A DNA stretch of 64,000 bases from an uncultured Alphaproteobacteria bacterium (lineage in GTDB: Bacteria; Pseudomonadota; Alphaproteobacteria; Rs-D84): contig CALXLG010000003.1 of NCBI GenBank assembly GCA_944389135.1, forward strand, positions 51,488 through 115,487, read 5' to 3'. The notes beneath the pieces were generated by a model. It did not search any database, had not been told where the DNA came from, and saw only the letters and a list, made by a program, of their open reading frames with translations. Position numbers and translations under genes: made by a program. Below are positions 17,034-26,723 of the stretch, in pieces. How positions within the stretch are numbered: the stretch's first letter is position 1; every line of letters starts with the position of its first letter.

Positions 17034-17221
17034 TTTCCCCGCTGTATCAGAGTTTCAATCTGATGTACAAGAGCTCTTTGTGCTTCTAGACCACGCAATT
17101 CTGAATCACTGGCGTTGGGTCCCAGAACACGCTCTATTGTTATACGCCGCAAATGCGCCAATACTGCTGCACCAGCAGCAGTTGAAAATGTACGCGCATA
17201 ATTTTGTTCAACTTCTTTCAT
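17030..17221 (-). CDS. Small phage-associated protein
   Basis: 63 aa, located immediately downstream of the portal gene. The function was not recognised with certainty. Confidence 0.45.
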   Translation of the reverse strand: MKEVEQNYARTFSTAAGAAVLAHLRRITIERVLGPNASDSELRGLEAQRALVHQIETLIQRGK

Positions 17222-17236
17222 ATCTTTCCCCTTTGC

Positions 17237-18460
17237 TTACAAAACTGTTTCTTCTATGGCCATTTGCGCTATTGGTGCGATATACTTTAATTCCGCATCA
17301 CTATGCAAAGATATTTTTTCTATCACCCCACGACGAGATAAAATCTGTAACCCACGTTCACACAAAGGTCTGATAAATTCATGCAACAGTCTGCCGTATG
17401 TTGCACCAAGTATTCTTACCATATCTGCATTACGTGCCATGATTTCAGTTGCGGTCATTTCTTTTTCAGACAACAAACCAAGTCTATCCGCCAGCAACGC
17501 ATGACGAATACGTTCACGCAAGTCTTTCAATATAATTTGTGATACATCAAAGTCTGCGCCAGAAGATAACGGGGTTAAGCCCGAACTACCTACCGCCTTT
17601 GGTATTATTGCCCCAGGTGTTAAATTAATGTTTGATAAGTTTATAACACCGTCATCATCTGCCTGCCATATACCAGAAACAGCGATTGTTGCGTTTTTTA
17701 ATACTAGTTCTACAACTTTATTTGCGGTCTTGATATCTGGCAAAGCACGCAATACTGGGCCACGTCCGTATAGTTCACCACTGGCAACCGACCAACGAAA
17801 AACTAAGTAAGGGTTCGTTTCAAAAGTACCAGTAGAAATAATATTGTTTTCAATATTTCCACCGACATCCAACCACGCAGTAAAATCTTTACCAACCAAG
17901 CTTTGTACTAATTTCAAAGGCATTTCTGGGTCTTTCTTTATTGCATCACGAATATCTGCAGGTGGTGTCCAAGAAGGATATTTCTCAATAACTTCACGCG
18001 CGGGCATTGAAGTAGTATGAAATATCGCATTCGGTAAAATTGCAATATCTTTCATCGGAATTGCGGTAAAAGAAAATGCGGAATCTGCCCCGATTGGATT
18101 TTCTGACATAAACAGACACGCCGTCCCCAGAATTACTAAATCTAAATAACATTGGTGTATGGTTGTATAGAAATTAGAATCGTTAAGGTTTGCACGTAAT
18201 GCCGCAGTTGCAGAAACAGCATCAGGCGAATCCTCACTTTCAGGTATCAAAGATATCCATAAAGATTCTGGTGGCGTCAACAAAGAATACATTGATGCGG
18301 CTAAATTATCTACGGCATCTGCAGCGGTCGCATCAAACAAAGTTGCGGCATCATCGTCTGCCGTTGGCATGGTATAACGCAATGCACTGTCCCACCTATT
18401 TAACCAAGGTGCACGTAAATCCAGCGCACGACGGTACATTTGTTGTAAATTATTTTGCAT
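17237..18460 (-). CDS. Phage portal (head-to-tail connector)-like protein
   Basis: 407 aa, directly downstream of the terminase nuclease half. Its size, its position and the N-terminal MYRRALDLRAPWLNRWDSALRYTMP resemble podovirus connector proteins. Confidence 0.6.
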   Translation of the reverse strand: MQNNLQQMYRRALDLRAPWLNRWDSALRYTMPTADDDAATLFDATAADAVDNLAASMYSLLTPPESLWISLIPESEDSPDAVSATAALRANLNDSNFYTTIHQCYLDLVILGTACLFMSENPIGADSAFSFTAIPMKDIAILPNAIFHTTSMPAREVIEKYPSWTPPADIRDAIKKDPEMPLKLVQSLVGKDFTAWLDVGGNIENNIISTGTFETNPYLVFRWSVASGELYGRGPVLRALPDIKTANKVVELVLKNATIAVSGIWQADDDGVINLSNINLTPGAIIPKAVGSSGLTPLSSGADFDVSQIILKDLRERIRHALLADRLGLLSEKEMTATEIMARNADMVRILGATYGRLLHEFIRPLCERGLQILSRRGVIEKISLHSDAELKYIAPIAQMAIEETVL

Positions 18461-18481
18461 ATAGTTTGCTCCTTTATTAAG

Positions 18482-19330
18482 TTATAACTTAAAGTCTGTA
18501 TTCGCTGTAAACGGCCTTATTCCTTGTCCTAATGGCCGCACAGGAATTGGGGTTGTTGCGATGGCACCTGCAACTGCATCTAAACCATCGTCATGACCTG
18601 TTGCGCCAACAGGTGACCAACCCAACATTTCTGATAACAGTGGCGTTGATTGAACACGCCGATGCGCATATAATCGCCCCGTTGTCAAAATAGGTTCTAT
18701 TGTTTCTAAAATTCGGGTTTCTTTTTTTGTGTGATTTAATATTTTTTGAATCTGTACTTGAATACCCCGCTGCTGCGTGATTGTACGCATAATTTCTGGC
18801 AACGCATTACCCATACCATTTGTTTCTATACAAATACGATGTAATAAATGTTTTGATAAGAAATCTAAAACCATCTCGCATTGTCTTGCCAGGGGGTGTG
18901 CTTCTTCGTCTGATACCAACAAGTACTTAACATCATGTATGAAAAAACGTTTGTTTTTATCGTCACGATAAATTAATACGCAAACACTGCCGTCAGCTTT
19001 CTTGCGCCCAGAAGATGGGTCCCAATAGGCTGTAACCCCTGTTATTAAAGCGTCTCCTATTTTAGATGTACGAAAATCAAAATCATTGTCATATAAATGT
19101 AAAGAATCGGGGTCTAAGCGGGCTCTGTCTGGAGCAACGAAATTTAACATCATTTGTGCAGAAAAGTATCTATCGCCAACAGTTGCCCGTAATTCTTCTA
19201 TTTTTTCAATTGGAAAAAGTTCCGGCCAAGCTGGTGCACCGTCTGAATCAATAATTGGTATACGTAATTCTTCATAACCGATTAAAAAAGGCGTTGAAAA
19301 AGCAAAATTTTTATATACTATATCTGACAT
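18482..19330 (-). CDS. Terminase large subunit, C-terminal nuclease half only
   Basis: The product starts MSDIVYKNF. It contains AYWDPSSG, ETNGMGNALPE and GHDDGLDAVAGA, the RNase-H-like terminase nuclease acidic motifs. It has no ATPase motifs. Confidence 0.8.
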   Translation of the reverse strand: MSDIVYKNFAFSTPFLIGYEELRIPIIDSDGAPAWPELFPIEKIEELRATVGDRYFSAQMMLNFVAPDRARLDPDSLHLYDNDFDFRTSKIGDALITGVTAYWDPSSGRKKADGSVCVLIYRDDKNKRFFIHDVKYLLVSDEEAHPLARQCEMVLDFLSKHLLHRICIETNGMGNALPEIMRTITQQRGIQVQIQKILNHTKKETRILETIEPILTTGRLYAHRRVQSTPLLSEMLGWSPVGATGHDDGLDAVAGAIATTPIPVRPLGQGIRPFTANTDFKL

Positions 19331-20882
19331 GGACTTTACTCCCAAAACTTTGCCAACGAACCTAGAAGCAGAACAAGCTGTATTGGCTGCAGTTCTAATG
19401 AACAATCGTGCGTTGGAAAAAGTTTCTGAATTTCTGCGTCCTGAACACTTCTCTCACCCAGCACACCAAGAAATCTATAAGCTTGCTGAAAAGCAATTTT
19501 CTGCCGGAATACCATTTGATATAATTACCGCTAAAAATTACCTTGACCAGCAAGGTGTTTTAGAATCCGTTGGTGGCGTAGATTATTTAACTCAGTTATC
19601 CAGCGCAGGTGCAACAGTTGTTAACGTTGAACAGTATGGACGCATTGTTTATGATAACGCTTTACGTCGTGATTTAATAAATTTAGGTCAATCAATTACT
19701 GATGCTGCATTTATTGAAGATTTAGACAATCCTGTTTCTGCACAAATAGAAACAGCGGAACAAAAATTGTTTGAAATGGCGTCAGCAGGAGTTTCTGAAA
19801 AAGAGGTTTCTTCTATTGCCACAGCTCTGCAAAGCGCACTACAAGAAGCTGAAATTGCCTATAAAGCCGACGGAAAGTTATCTGGTCTTACGACTGGTTT
19901 AACTGCACTTGATAAATCTATTAGTGGTTTGCATCATTCTGACTTAATCATCATTGCAGGTCGTCCAGCAATGGGAAAAACAACACTGGCAATGAATATC
20001 GCTTTTAACGCAGCAAATGCTATTTTATACGGGCGCGCAAACGAAAAGTATAAAGGTGCAGTAGCGTTTTTCAGTCTTGAAATGTCCGCATCTCAGTTAG
20101 CTGCCCGTGTATTGTCTTCACAATCTAAGGTTCCTGCCTCTGCCATGCGTGAAGGAACTTTGACGGATGAAGATTTTCTAAAAATGTCGCAATACTCCGC
20201 AGCTATTGGCAGAGTGCCATTGTATATTGACGATACCCCAGGTATGTCTGTACCAATGATACGAACACGCGCCAGAAGATTGGCTAGGAAATGCGGTGGT
20301 ATCGCTCTTATAGTGATTGACTATTTACAGCTGATGACATCACCTGGTGGCAAGCGAAATGATAACCGCGTTCAAGAAATATCCGAAATTACACGTGGTT
20401 TAAAAATGCTGGCCAAAGAATTAGATGTACCTGTAATAGCCTTGTCCCAGTTATCTCGTAGTGTAGAATCACGCGATGACAAACGACCACAACTGGCCGA
20501 CCTTCGTGAATCTGGTTCTATTGAACAAGACGCAGATATTGTTATGTTTACATACCGCGAAGAATACTATCTTGAGAATCGCGACCCGTCACAAAGAATT
20601 TCTGGTAATGCAAACGAAAAAATCATTGAAAGCTATCAAAAACGTTTGGAACGTGCACGTGGCAAGGCCGATGTTATTATCGGTAAAAACCGACACGGCA
20701 GACCAGAAACTGTTCACTTGGCATTCTTTGGCGATTATAGCTTGTTTGATAACTTGGACGAAATGGAAGGACGCACTGCAGATGAATTCTCAGGTAATAC
20801 AATGCCAACCACCTCTTTACCAACAGATGAAATTCCAGAAGCAATTGACCCTGACGCAATTCCAGACGATATGCCTTTGTAA
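19329..20882 (+). CDS. dnaB: Replicative DNA helicase DnaB
   Basis: Contains NLEAEQAVLAAVLMNN, the Walker A motif GRPAMGKTTLA, IDYLQLM and an acidic C-tail. Its ATG overlaps the opposite-strand TerL-C ATG in the palindrome CATG. Confidence 0.9.
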   Translation: MDFTPKTLPTNLEAEQAVLAAVLMNNRALEKVSEFLRPEHFSHPAHQEIYKLAEKQFSAGIPFDIITAKNYLDQQGVLESVGGVDYLTQLSSAGATVVNVEQYGRIVYDNALRRDLINLGQSITDAAFIEDLDNPVSAQIETAEQKLFEMASAGVSEKEVSSIATALQSALQEAEIAYKADGKLSGLTTGLTALDKSISGLHHSDLIIIAGRPAMGKTTLAMNIAFNAANAILYGRANEKYKGAVAFFSLEMSASQLAARVLSSQSKVPASAMREGTLTDEDFLKMSQYSAAIGRVPLYIDDTPGMSVPMIRTRARRLARKCGGIALIVIDYLQLMTSPGGKRNDNRVQEISEITRGLKMLAKELDVPVIALSQLSRSVESRDDKRPQLADLRESGSIEQDADIVMFTYREEYYLENRDPSQRISGNANEKIIESYQKRLERARGKADVIIGKNRHGRPETVHLAFFGDYSLFDNLDEMEGRTADEFSGNTMPTTSLPTDEIPEAIDPDAIPDDMPL

Positions 20883-20949
20883 TATTTTGTGCTTGCTAAA
20901 CTCCTAAAAATTGACTAATATTTTGTCAAGTAATTCAAGGAGATTTGCG

Positions 20950-21954
20950 ATGGCCCAAGAAGAAATAATTTTTCCTAATAACATCAGAAACATTCGTCTT
21001 GCCAATGGTATGAAAATGACTGAATTGGCGCGTCAGGCAAATTTATCTTTGTCTGCTGTTTCAAAAATTGAAAAAGGCGTACGTCGCTTAAATCAAAAGC
21101 AACTATTAAACATCTGTAATATTTTGGGTTGCAAATTATCCGATATCTTTATAAAAGAATCAGATGCTGTTGCAACACAATGGCAAGATGAAATCAAACG
21201 CCGTATGAGCGACAATGAAAACAATGGCTTAAAAATATTTGGCAGTGGGTTACGCAAAATACGTCAGCAAGCAGGTAAAACTATCGCCCAGGCGGCAAAA
21301 GAAGCCGGTATGACATTGTCCGTTTATCATAAAATTGAGGTCGGACAACGTGAAATTTACCAAGATGAAATTGAACCTTTGGCAAAATCATTTGCTTATA
21401 CAACATCTGAATTATTTGATAAAGTTGCAAATCTTTATAAATCTGGCGAACTTAATAAGCAAATTAATAAGGTTAAAGAGCGCGTAAAATCTGTACTAGT
21501 TCCGGACAACCCTTTATCTGGTATTGATCACAGCAGTTTATACGGTGCAAAGCTTTATGATAGCGCCAGAAAAAAATTAGTACCTGTATTTGGCATGCCA
21601 GAAGGTAAAGCCATAGCATTTAAGAAATCTGATGAAACAATGATTGTTGCACCAATGATGCTAGAAGGCAAAAAAGGTATTTATGCTGTAATACCGAACT
21701 CAAAACGTACTAACGGTTTTATTCCTGAAAAAGCGTATGTTTTTGCTGATTCGTGTGCGACTGTAAATACTGGTGATTTAGCAATCTGTATTGATGCAGA
21801 TTTTGATACTTTGGGCACAGAAGATAAAGCAACAGCTCAAATTGTTAGCGTTCGCCAAGATTCTAAGGGTAAAACATACGGTCAAATTTCTTCTCCGGAA
21901 GAAAAAATTATCGGCAAAACATTACACAAAGTTGTAATGATTGTTATGGAATAA
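20950..21954 (+). CDS. Transcriptional regulator with two XRE-type HTH domains and a CI/LexA-like C-terminal domain (no obvious catalytic Ser-Lys)
   Basis: Two segments of the type IRNIRLANGMKMTELARQANLSLSAVSKIEKG and LRKIRQQAGKTIAQAAKEAGMTLSVYHKIEVG are present. The RBS is aaggag. Confidence 0.7.
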   Translation: MAQEEIIFPNNIRNIRLANGMKMTELARQANLSLSAVSKIEKGVRRLNQKQLLNICNILGCKLSDIFIKESDAVATQWQDEIKRRMSDNENNGLKIFGSGLRKIRQQAGKTIAQAAKEAGMTLSVYHKIEVGQREIYQDEIEPLAKSFAYTTSELFDKVANLYKSGELNKQINKVKERVKSVLVPDNPLSGIDHSSLYGAKLYDSARKKLVPVFGMPEGKAIAFKKSDETMIVAPMMLEGKKGIYAVIPNSKRTNGFIPEKAYVFADSCATVNTGDLAICIDADFDTLGTEDKATAQIVSVRQDSKGKTYGQISSPEEKIIGKTLHKVVMIVME

Positions 21955-21981
21955 TAATTCATATTGCCTAGGGGGGACAAC

Positions 21982-22647
21982 ATGAAAGCGAAAGCCAGTT
22001 TAATTGCACAAAAACTTCTTAACTTATATCGTCAAGAGCATGTAATTTTTGGTGGTTGGGCCGCTGTTAATGAAGTATTCGTAAATGAAGCAACCCCTGA
22101 GGTAATAACCGAATTGCGCGAATTGCCAACAGGAAAATTATTAGCAAAACATATAGAAAATCTTCGCAGTGGCAAAACACCTATGAATTCTATTGAACGC
22201 GACCTACTTCCTTATGGTGGTATGATGGCAGAAACAATTGCAACAATTCCGTTAACGACAGAAGAATGGGCGGAATTAGAACAAGGCATACATAATTTCA
22301 CCCCTGATGAAAACGGTCTAAACGAAATACAACAGTTAAATGTTATCAAAAAGTTTGGCGATCAGTGGTTAGTTGCAATACGTGCAGCAATATCGGCAAA
22401 ACCAGAATTATTGGAAAAATGGTCAGTCATTGCAAAAACATACCGCGCATACTATTTATGGAAAGTGGCAAGCGATATGATTAACCAACCACTTACGGAA
22501 CGCGCACGTGCTCAATTACAAGCAGATATGCCAGAATATGAAACATACCTGCCTATGTTTGGCGAAGCGGGCGTAGAATTGTTAGAAAAATTACGTTCTT
22601 TCATAACCACAATGAAATCGGACAAAGAAGAAAATATTTCTGACTAA
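21982..22647 (+). CDS. Hypothetical protein
   Basis: 221 aa with the RBS gggggg and no recognised motif. It is the last gene of the insert that splits the terminase. Confidence 0.5.
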   Translation: MKAKASLIAQKLLNLYRQEHVIFGGWAAVNEVFVNEATPEVITELRELPTGKLLAKHIENLRSGKTPMNSIERDLLPYGGMMAETIATIPLTTEEWAELEQGIHNFTPDENGLNEIQQLNVIKKFGDQWLVAIRAAISAKPELLEKWSVIAKTYRAYYLWKVASDMINQPLTERARAQLQADMPEYETYLPMFGEAGVELLEKLRSFITTMKSDKEENISD

Positions 22648-23261
22648 CTTTCTGATTTAGTTCTATAAATAGTATCCATCGTATGTGGTGTGCCAATATA
22701 TATCATTGTGCCGGTGGGTGAAAGAATAAAATCAAGCTCTCGTAATTTCTCTCGTAATGTTTCTCGCTTTTGTGCGGTGTTGCAAGTATTTGGGACTTCG
22801 ACGTCATCGCATATAATCAAGTCTGCTCGCATACCTGTAATATTTCCATGAACTCCTTGGCATATTACAGATGGTTCGCGAATTCCAACAGGTCGGTTAA
22901 CAGTTATGCGTCCTTGGGCCCATTCTTTTTTCGCGCTTGGAATTAGCTCTTTACACAGCGGATGATTTTCTAGAATATGCCGAATATGTGCAACCATTCT
23001 AGAAGCCAGCCCGCTTTCAGCAGACAAAATTAAAATTCTTGTTTCTGGATGCAAATATAAAACACATGCAGCGAATATTCCAACCACTGTAGACTTACCT
23101 GAATGTCGGAAAGACATTAACAAACCGCGCTTATTTTTGCCTGTCCATATTGAAACAAGAAAATCCATAATTTTTTTATGATGCGTGGGAGTTTTAAATC
23201 CAAGAATCTCGTTCCAATCATCTAAGAAATTATAGAACTCCGTAATCATCACGTGTTTCAT
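22644..23261 (-). CDS. Terminase large subunit, N-terminal ATPase half only
   Basis: It has Walker A (SFRHSGKST) and Walker B (DLIICDDVE) motifs and the coupling motif IGTP. It stops right after ...MDTIYRTKSES. Confidence 0.8.
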   Translation of the reverse strand: MKHVMITEFYNFLDDWNEILGFKTPTHHKKIMDFLVSIWTGKNKRGLLMSFRHSGKSTVVGIFAACVLYLHPETRILILSAESGLASRMVAHIRHILENHPLCKELIPSAKKEWAQGRITVNRPVGIREPSVICQGVHGNITGMRADLIICDDVEVPNTCNTAQKRETLREKLRELDFILSPTGTMIYIGTPHTMDTIYRTKSES

Positions 23262-23778
23262 TTGGCGCCTGCTCTGTTATGCTGCCATAATCATTTATTA
23301 AATTTGGCAAAGCATTATCTAATACCGATAATAAGTTATTATAAAGCCCTAAAACACTGCCACCAGATAATTTATCTTCTATTAGCTTGACCGTATAATC
23401 TATAAAAGATAATACTTTATCATGTACGTTTGCCCACTCTGAAACATTTATATCTATGTTTTGCAGGTCTTTAAAAGCCTCTAATAAAAAATTAAAATCG
23501 GCGTTTAGTGCTTCGGGGTCTATCTTTGCGGTTGGTTGATAATCAACAACACGCGACAAAGCAATTTGTCTAAAAATATCCACTTTTGTGTTTTCTGCTG
23601 GTGGATTTATAAAAATAACTGTTCCACCAGAAAAATCTTCGTTCGCAACAATGGAACATTCGCCGTTCAAACAAAGCTTATCATCTAGCGCAACACGAAT
23701 GTCTGCTTCTTGAAAAAAAGGAAACGCAAATAAGAACTCTGACGTTACCCCATCAGCAATATAAGAGTTTCTGTACAT
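23230..23778 (-). CDS. T7-type tail-fibre N-terminal (tail-attachment) domain protein
   Basis: The N-terminal YIADGVTSEFLFAFPFFQEADIRVALDD matches the pattern of the podovirus fibre N-terminal domain. At 182 aa it has no long shaft. Confidence 0.6.
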   Translation of the reverse strand: MYRNSYIADGVTSEFLFAFPFFQEADIRVALDDKLCLNGECSIVANEDFSGGTVIFINPPAENTKVDIFRQIALSRVVDYQPTAKIDPEALNADFNFLLEAFKDLQNIDINVSEWANVHDKVLSFIDYTVKLIEDKLSGGSVLGLYNNLLSVLDNALPNLINDYGSITEQAPNETRDDYGVL

Positions 23779-23791
23779 TCCTGCCCCCTTA

Positions 23792-24139
23792 TTAACCGAC
23801 TAAATCATCAAATTTATCCAACAAAGACTGTAATAAGTTTGGTTTTTGTACTTTTATCTTCTTTAACTTTTCAGTTTTAGTACGCTTTTTTTCTTCGTAT
23901 GGTTCGGCCGCTTCTTCTTTTAATCGCTTTAGGACTGCCCCTTCGGTCATGCCTTTACCTGACATACCAGACGCACCATATTTAGCACGTTGCGTGGCTA
24001 ATGTTTTTTTTACTAAATTTGTTTTTTCTTTTTCATCAGCTGCCATATCAGACAGTATCTTCTGTCTTTCTGTTTCGGCTTCTTTTTTTGAATCTTTATA
24101 ATTTAAAATATCTGTTACATCTGAAACTATCTGCCCCAT
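23792..24139 (-). CDS. Lys/Glu-rich small virion-associated-like protein
   Basis: 115 aa, highly charged, located between the tubular-B-like and fibre-N genes. Confidence 0.4.
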   Translation of the reverse strand: MGQIVSDVTDILNYKDSKKEAETERQKILSDMAADEKEKTNLVKKTLATQRAKYGASGMSGKGMTEGAVLKRLKEEAAEPYEEKKRTKTEKLKKIKVQKPNLLQSLLDKFDDLVG

Positions 24140-24155
24140 TTTTTTCTCCCTATGT

Positions 24156-25871
24156 TTAAACTAGGTAATATCCATACATTGTTATCGATAAAACCGTTGT
24201 TGGTAATTGTTCACTGCTTGAAATTGTCCAAGGTGCCGTTATGCAATTCCTTTGGCACCCAAGTAAATTTATTGAAACGTCACCACTATAACCATTGGTA
24301 TCATCTGCGAATATTTCGTTTGGAAAATCTGCTCTGGCCCCGTTTATAAATAAAGACTTTGTATTAAGAACACGTGCAGAAATTTTACGAACTTTTATTT
24401 TATTTGCATTATGACCGGACGCTCTTAAAGGTAAAGCTGAGGCGGTATAAGAAAAGCCATACTTATCCGCATCAATTAACACATCGTCTGAAAATTTTTC
24501 TAGCGAATATTTGCCTTCTCGTAAAACCACGACATATGTATCACCGCTACTTACCGCAACAGATTGAAAATTACCTTGAGTTTTATAAGTTGCCCACGCA
24601 GAAATACCAAGTGCGGAATTTTGATTCAAAACCGCCATATCACCAGATTCCATTACAACAAAAAGCTGTCTTGTTTTATCGTTGTATGCTAAATCTATAG
24701 GATTCTGCATTAAATGCTTTGACAATCCACATAAATCTGTCGCATTATAATTTTCACCAAGCTGGTCTAAACTTAATTCACGAATATCTTTTTTACTGCC
24801 AGATATAAAAACTGTCGCACCTTCAATTTTTTGTGGTGGCAAGTAACGTGTTGCTACACTGCCTACAGATGTGTGCTGCTTTATGTCCACAACAGACGGA
24901 GTTAAGGGCTTACTTGAAATTGCCCATTCACCAGCAGATGTAAGTATTTGTAAATTATCGCTACTTACAACAGTACATATCTGTTGACGTTGTTGTGATA
25001 GTAAAGTTATAAAAATTGCTTCATCATCTAAGCCGGTTCCAACATTAAAATTATTATGCCGACCGACCTGCGATAGCCAGACACCACTTGGCCAAGAACG
25101 TGAACCACCAAAAACTAATCTGTCTTGATGAAATGTGATACTGCAAGGCCAGCCTCTGCGTTTACTAAATGCCGCTTCGCGCCAATCAGAAACGGGTTCT
25201 GCCGGTACAGTATACGTACCATTCACATAAGCTTTTACTACTTTCGCACTTATATATTCAGAAATAAGCCATTGCTTACCTAGCAATAAAAAACGACCGT
25301 CTTTATCGTCAGGTGTCCAATAATCAACGTTTGTCGTAAACGTTGCAAAATTATTTCCAGAATCACTTGCAGTAACGGTTATTTTAATGTCTTCTGTATC
25401 ATCAAAACGCATAAACGGTATATTTACAGTCATATCCGAATCGTTACGCGCAAAATCAAACTTTGATAACTCAAAATCATTCCCAACTTTTTTCAGTGTA
25501 TAAGGCTGAAAATCTGGATGCACAAAAATCATCGTACCAAAGCGTTGCGCATATTGAAGTTTTGCTAAATCGTTAAAGCTCCATGGACTTATCAAGTCTT
25601 TTATTCTTTGCCCGTCAAAGTAAATCAATATATGCTGATTAATTAATACCAATAAATAATTTTCTGTTTCACTTACTGAAAAATCTATTAATCTTGCATT
25701 ATCAGACAGGCTTGCAACACTTTTTAGTCCACGTCTGCGAGATAAACCACCGCCTGCAAGAACGTCCATATTTTCTAACTTTGAAAGTCCATTGGTATTA
25801 TCACGTGCAAAAAATTCAGGTGCAACTTCGCCATCTGCAAAAGAATTCTGTGTTTTTATAAAATCTCCCAT
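24156..25871 (-). CDS. Tail tubular protein B (nozzle)-like protein
   Basis: 571 aa. The call rests on its position after the adaptor-like gene and its large beta-rich sequence, i.e. mainly on synteny with T7-like order. Confidence 0.5.
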   Translation of the reverse strand: MGDFIKTQNSFADGEVAPEFFARDNTNGLSKLENMDVLAGGGLSRRRGLKSVASLSDNARLIDFSVSETENYLLVLINQHILIYFDGQRIKDLISPWSFNDLAKLQYAQRFGTMIFVHPDFQPYTLKKVGNDFELSKFDFARNDSDMTVNIPFMRFDDTEDIKITVTASDSGNNFATFTTNVDYWTPDDKDGRFLLLGKQWLISEYISAKVVKAYVNGTYTVPAEPVSDWREAAFSKRRGWPCSITFHQDRLVFGGSRSWPSGVWLSQVGRHNNFNVGTGLDDEAIFITLLSQQRQQICTVVSSDNLQILTSAGEWAISSKPLTPSVVDIKQHTSVGSVATRYLPPQKIEGATVFISGSKKDIRELSLDQLGENYNATDLCGLSKHLMQNPIDLAYNDKTRQLFVVMESGDMAVLNQNSALGISAWATYKTQGNFQSVAVSSGDTYVVVLREGKYSLEKFSDDVLIDADKYGFSYTASALPLRASGHNANKIKVRKISARVLNTKSLFINGARADFPNEIFADDTNGYSGDVSINLLGCQRNCITAPWTISSSEQLPTTVLSITMYGYYLV

Positions 25872-25887
25872 ACCGACTACCCCCAGA

Positions 25888-26406
25888 TTAAAAACGCGCG
25901 TTGATTAAAGAAAAACTTTCTATGTCTTGATTGATTGACGTTGTACTGTCTATAAATTTCGCAGATTGCATTTCTGTTTCATATAAAGCGGCAAGCATTC
26001 TAAATACACTTTGCTCGCCAATAAGTGGTATACAAAATTCCATTGCTAACTTAGTCGCAGCCAGTGAAACAAAATAACTAGGGAAGTTTTCAACAGGAAC
26101 CTTTGTTATCGCCAAAATAGAAATCTTTTCTTCTGCAGAAATAATTTTATTTCCGATAATTTCCCCATTGCATTTCAAAACACGCAAACAATCAATTGGT
26201 ATTAAAAAGTCTCCGTCCGATGTTTTTGTAAGCTCATATTTTTTACATGCAAAGCGCCACGGATGCGAAGACAGCAAGGTATCTATTACTGGGTCAAACA
26301 AAGTCCTACTAAGTTGCGCAGCCGGTGTATCATCTACAAGAGACTGAATAGATTTCTCGCCCAGCTTTAATAACGCCATAGAACATAAATCTATTTTCGT
26401 AATCAT
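25888..26406 (-). CDS. Tail tubular protein A / adaptor-like protein
   Basis: The N-terminus IDLCSMALLKLGEKSIQSLVDDTPAAQLSRTLFDPVIDTLLSSHPWRFA follows the N-terminal pattern I associate with podovirus gp11-like adaptors. Confidence 0.55.
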   Translation of the reverse strand: MITKIDLCSMALLKLGEKSIQSLVDDTPAAQLSRTLFDPVIDTLLSSHPWRFACKKYELTKTSDGDFLIPIDCLRVLKCNGEIIGNKIISAEEKISILAITKVPVENFPSYFVSLAATKLAMEFCIPLIGEQSVFRMLAALYETEMQSAKFIDSTTSINQDIESFSLINARF

Positions 26407-26462
26407 ATTATGCCCCTTATTGCTAAAAATAAAGGCGACATAAAAATGTCGCCTTGGTTTTA

Positions 26463-26690
26463 TTATGCTAAATCAGCAACACTAACATTGCCAGAAACAG
26501 CAACTTTTTTAATAGAAGTATTATCAGACGCATTTATGATTACGATATCACCTGTATTCATTAACGTCTTTACACCATCAAAATAACCAGCCGTTGTAAT
26601 CGCTGTTAACGTTTCGTTTGCAGAATAATGCCACAAAGTAAAACCATTGGCATATGCAATAACAGATAAATTTTTATTCTGAAAAGCCAT
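26463..26690 (-). CDS. Small phage structural-cluster protein
   Basis: 75 aa, directly downstream of the capsid gene, which makes a decoration or cement role possible. Confidence 0.4.
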   Translation of the reverse strand: MAFQNKNLSVIAYANGFTLWHYSANETLTAITTAGYFDGVKTLMNTGDIVIINASDNTSIKKVAVSGNVSVADLA

Positions 26691-26723
26691 TATATAATCC
26701 TTTTATTTCGGTTTTAATTTGTT

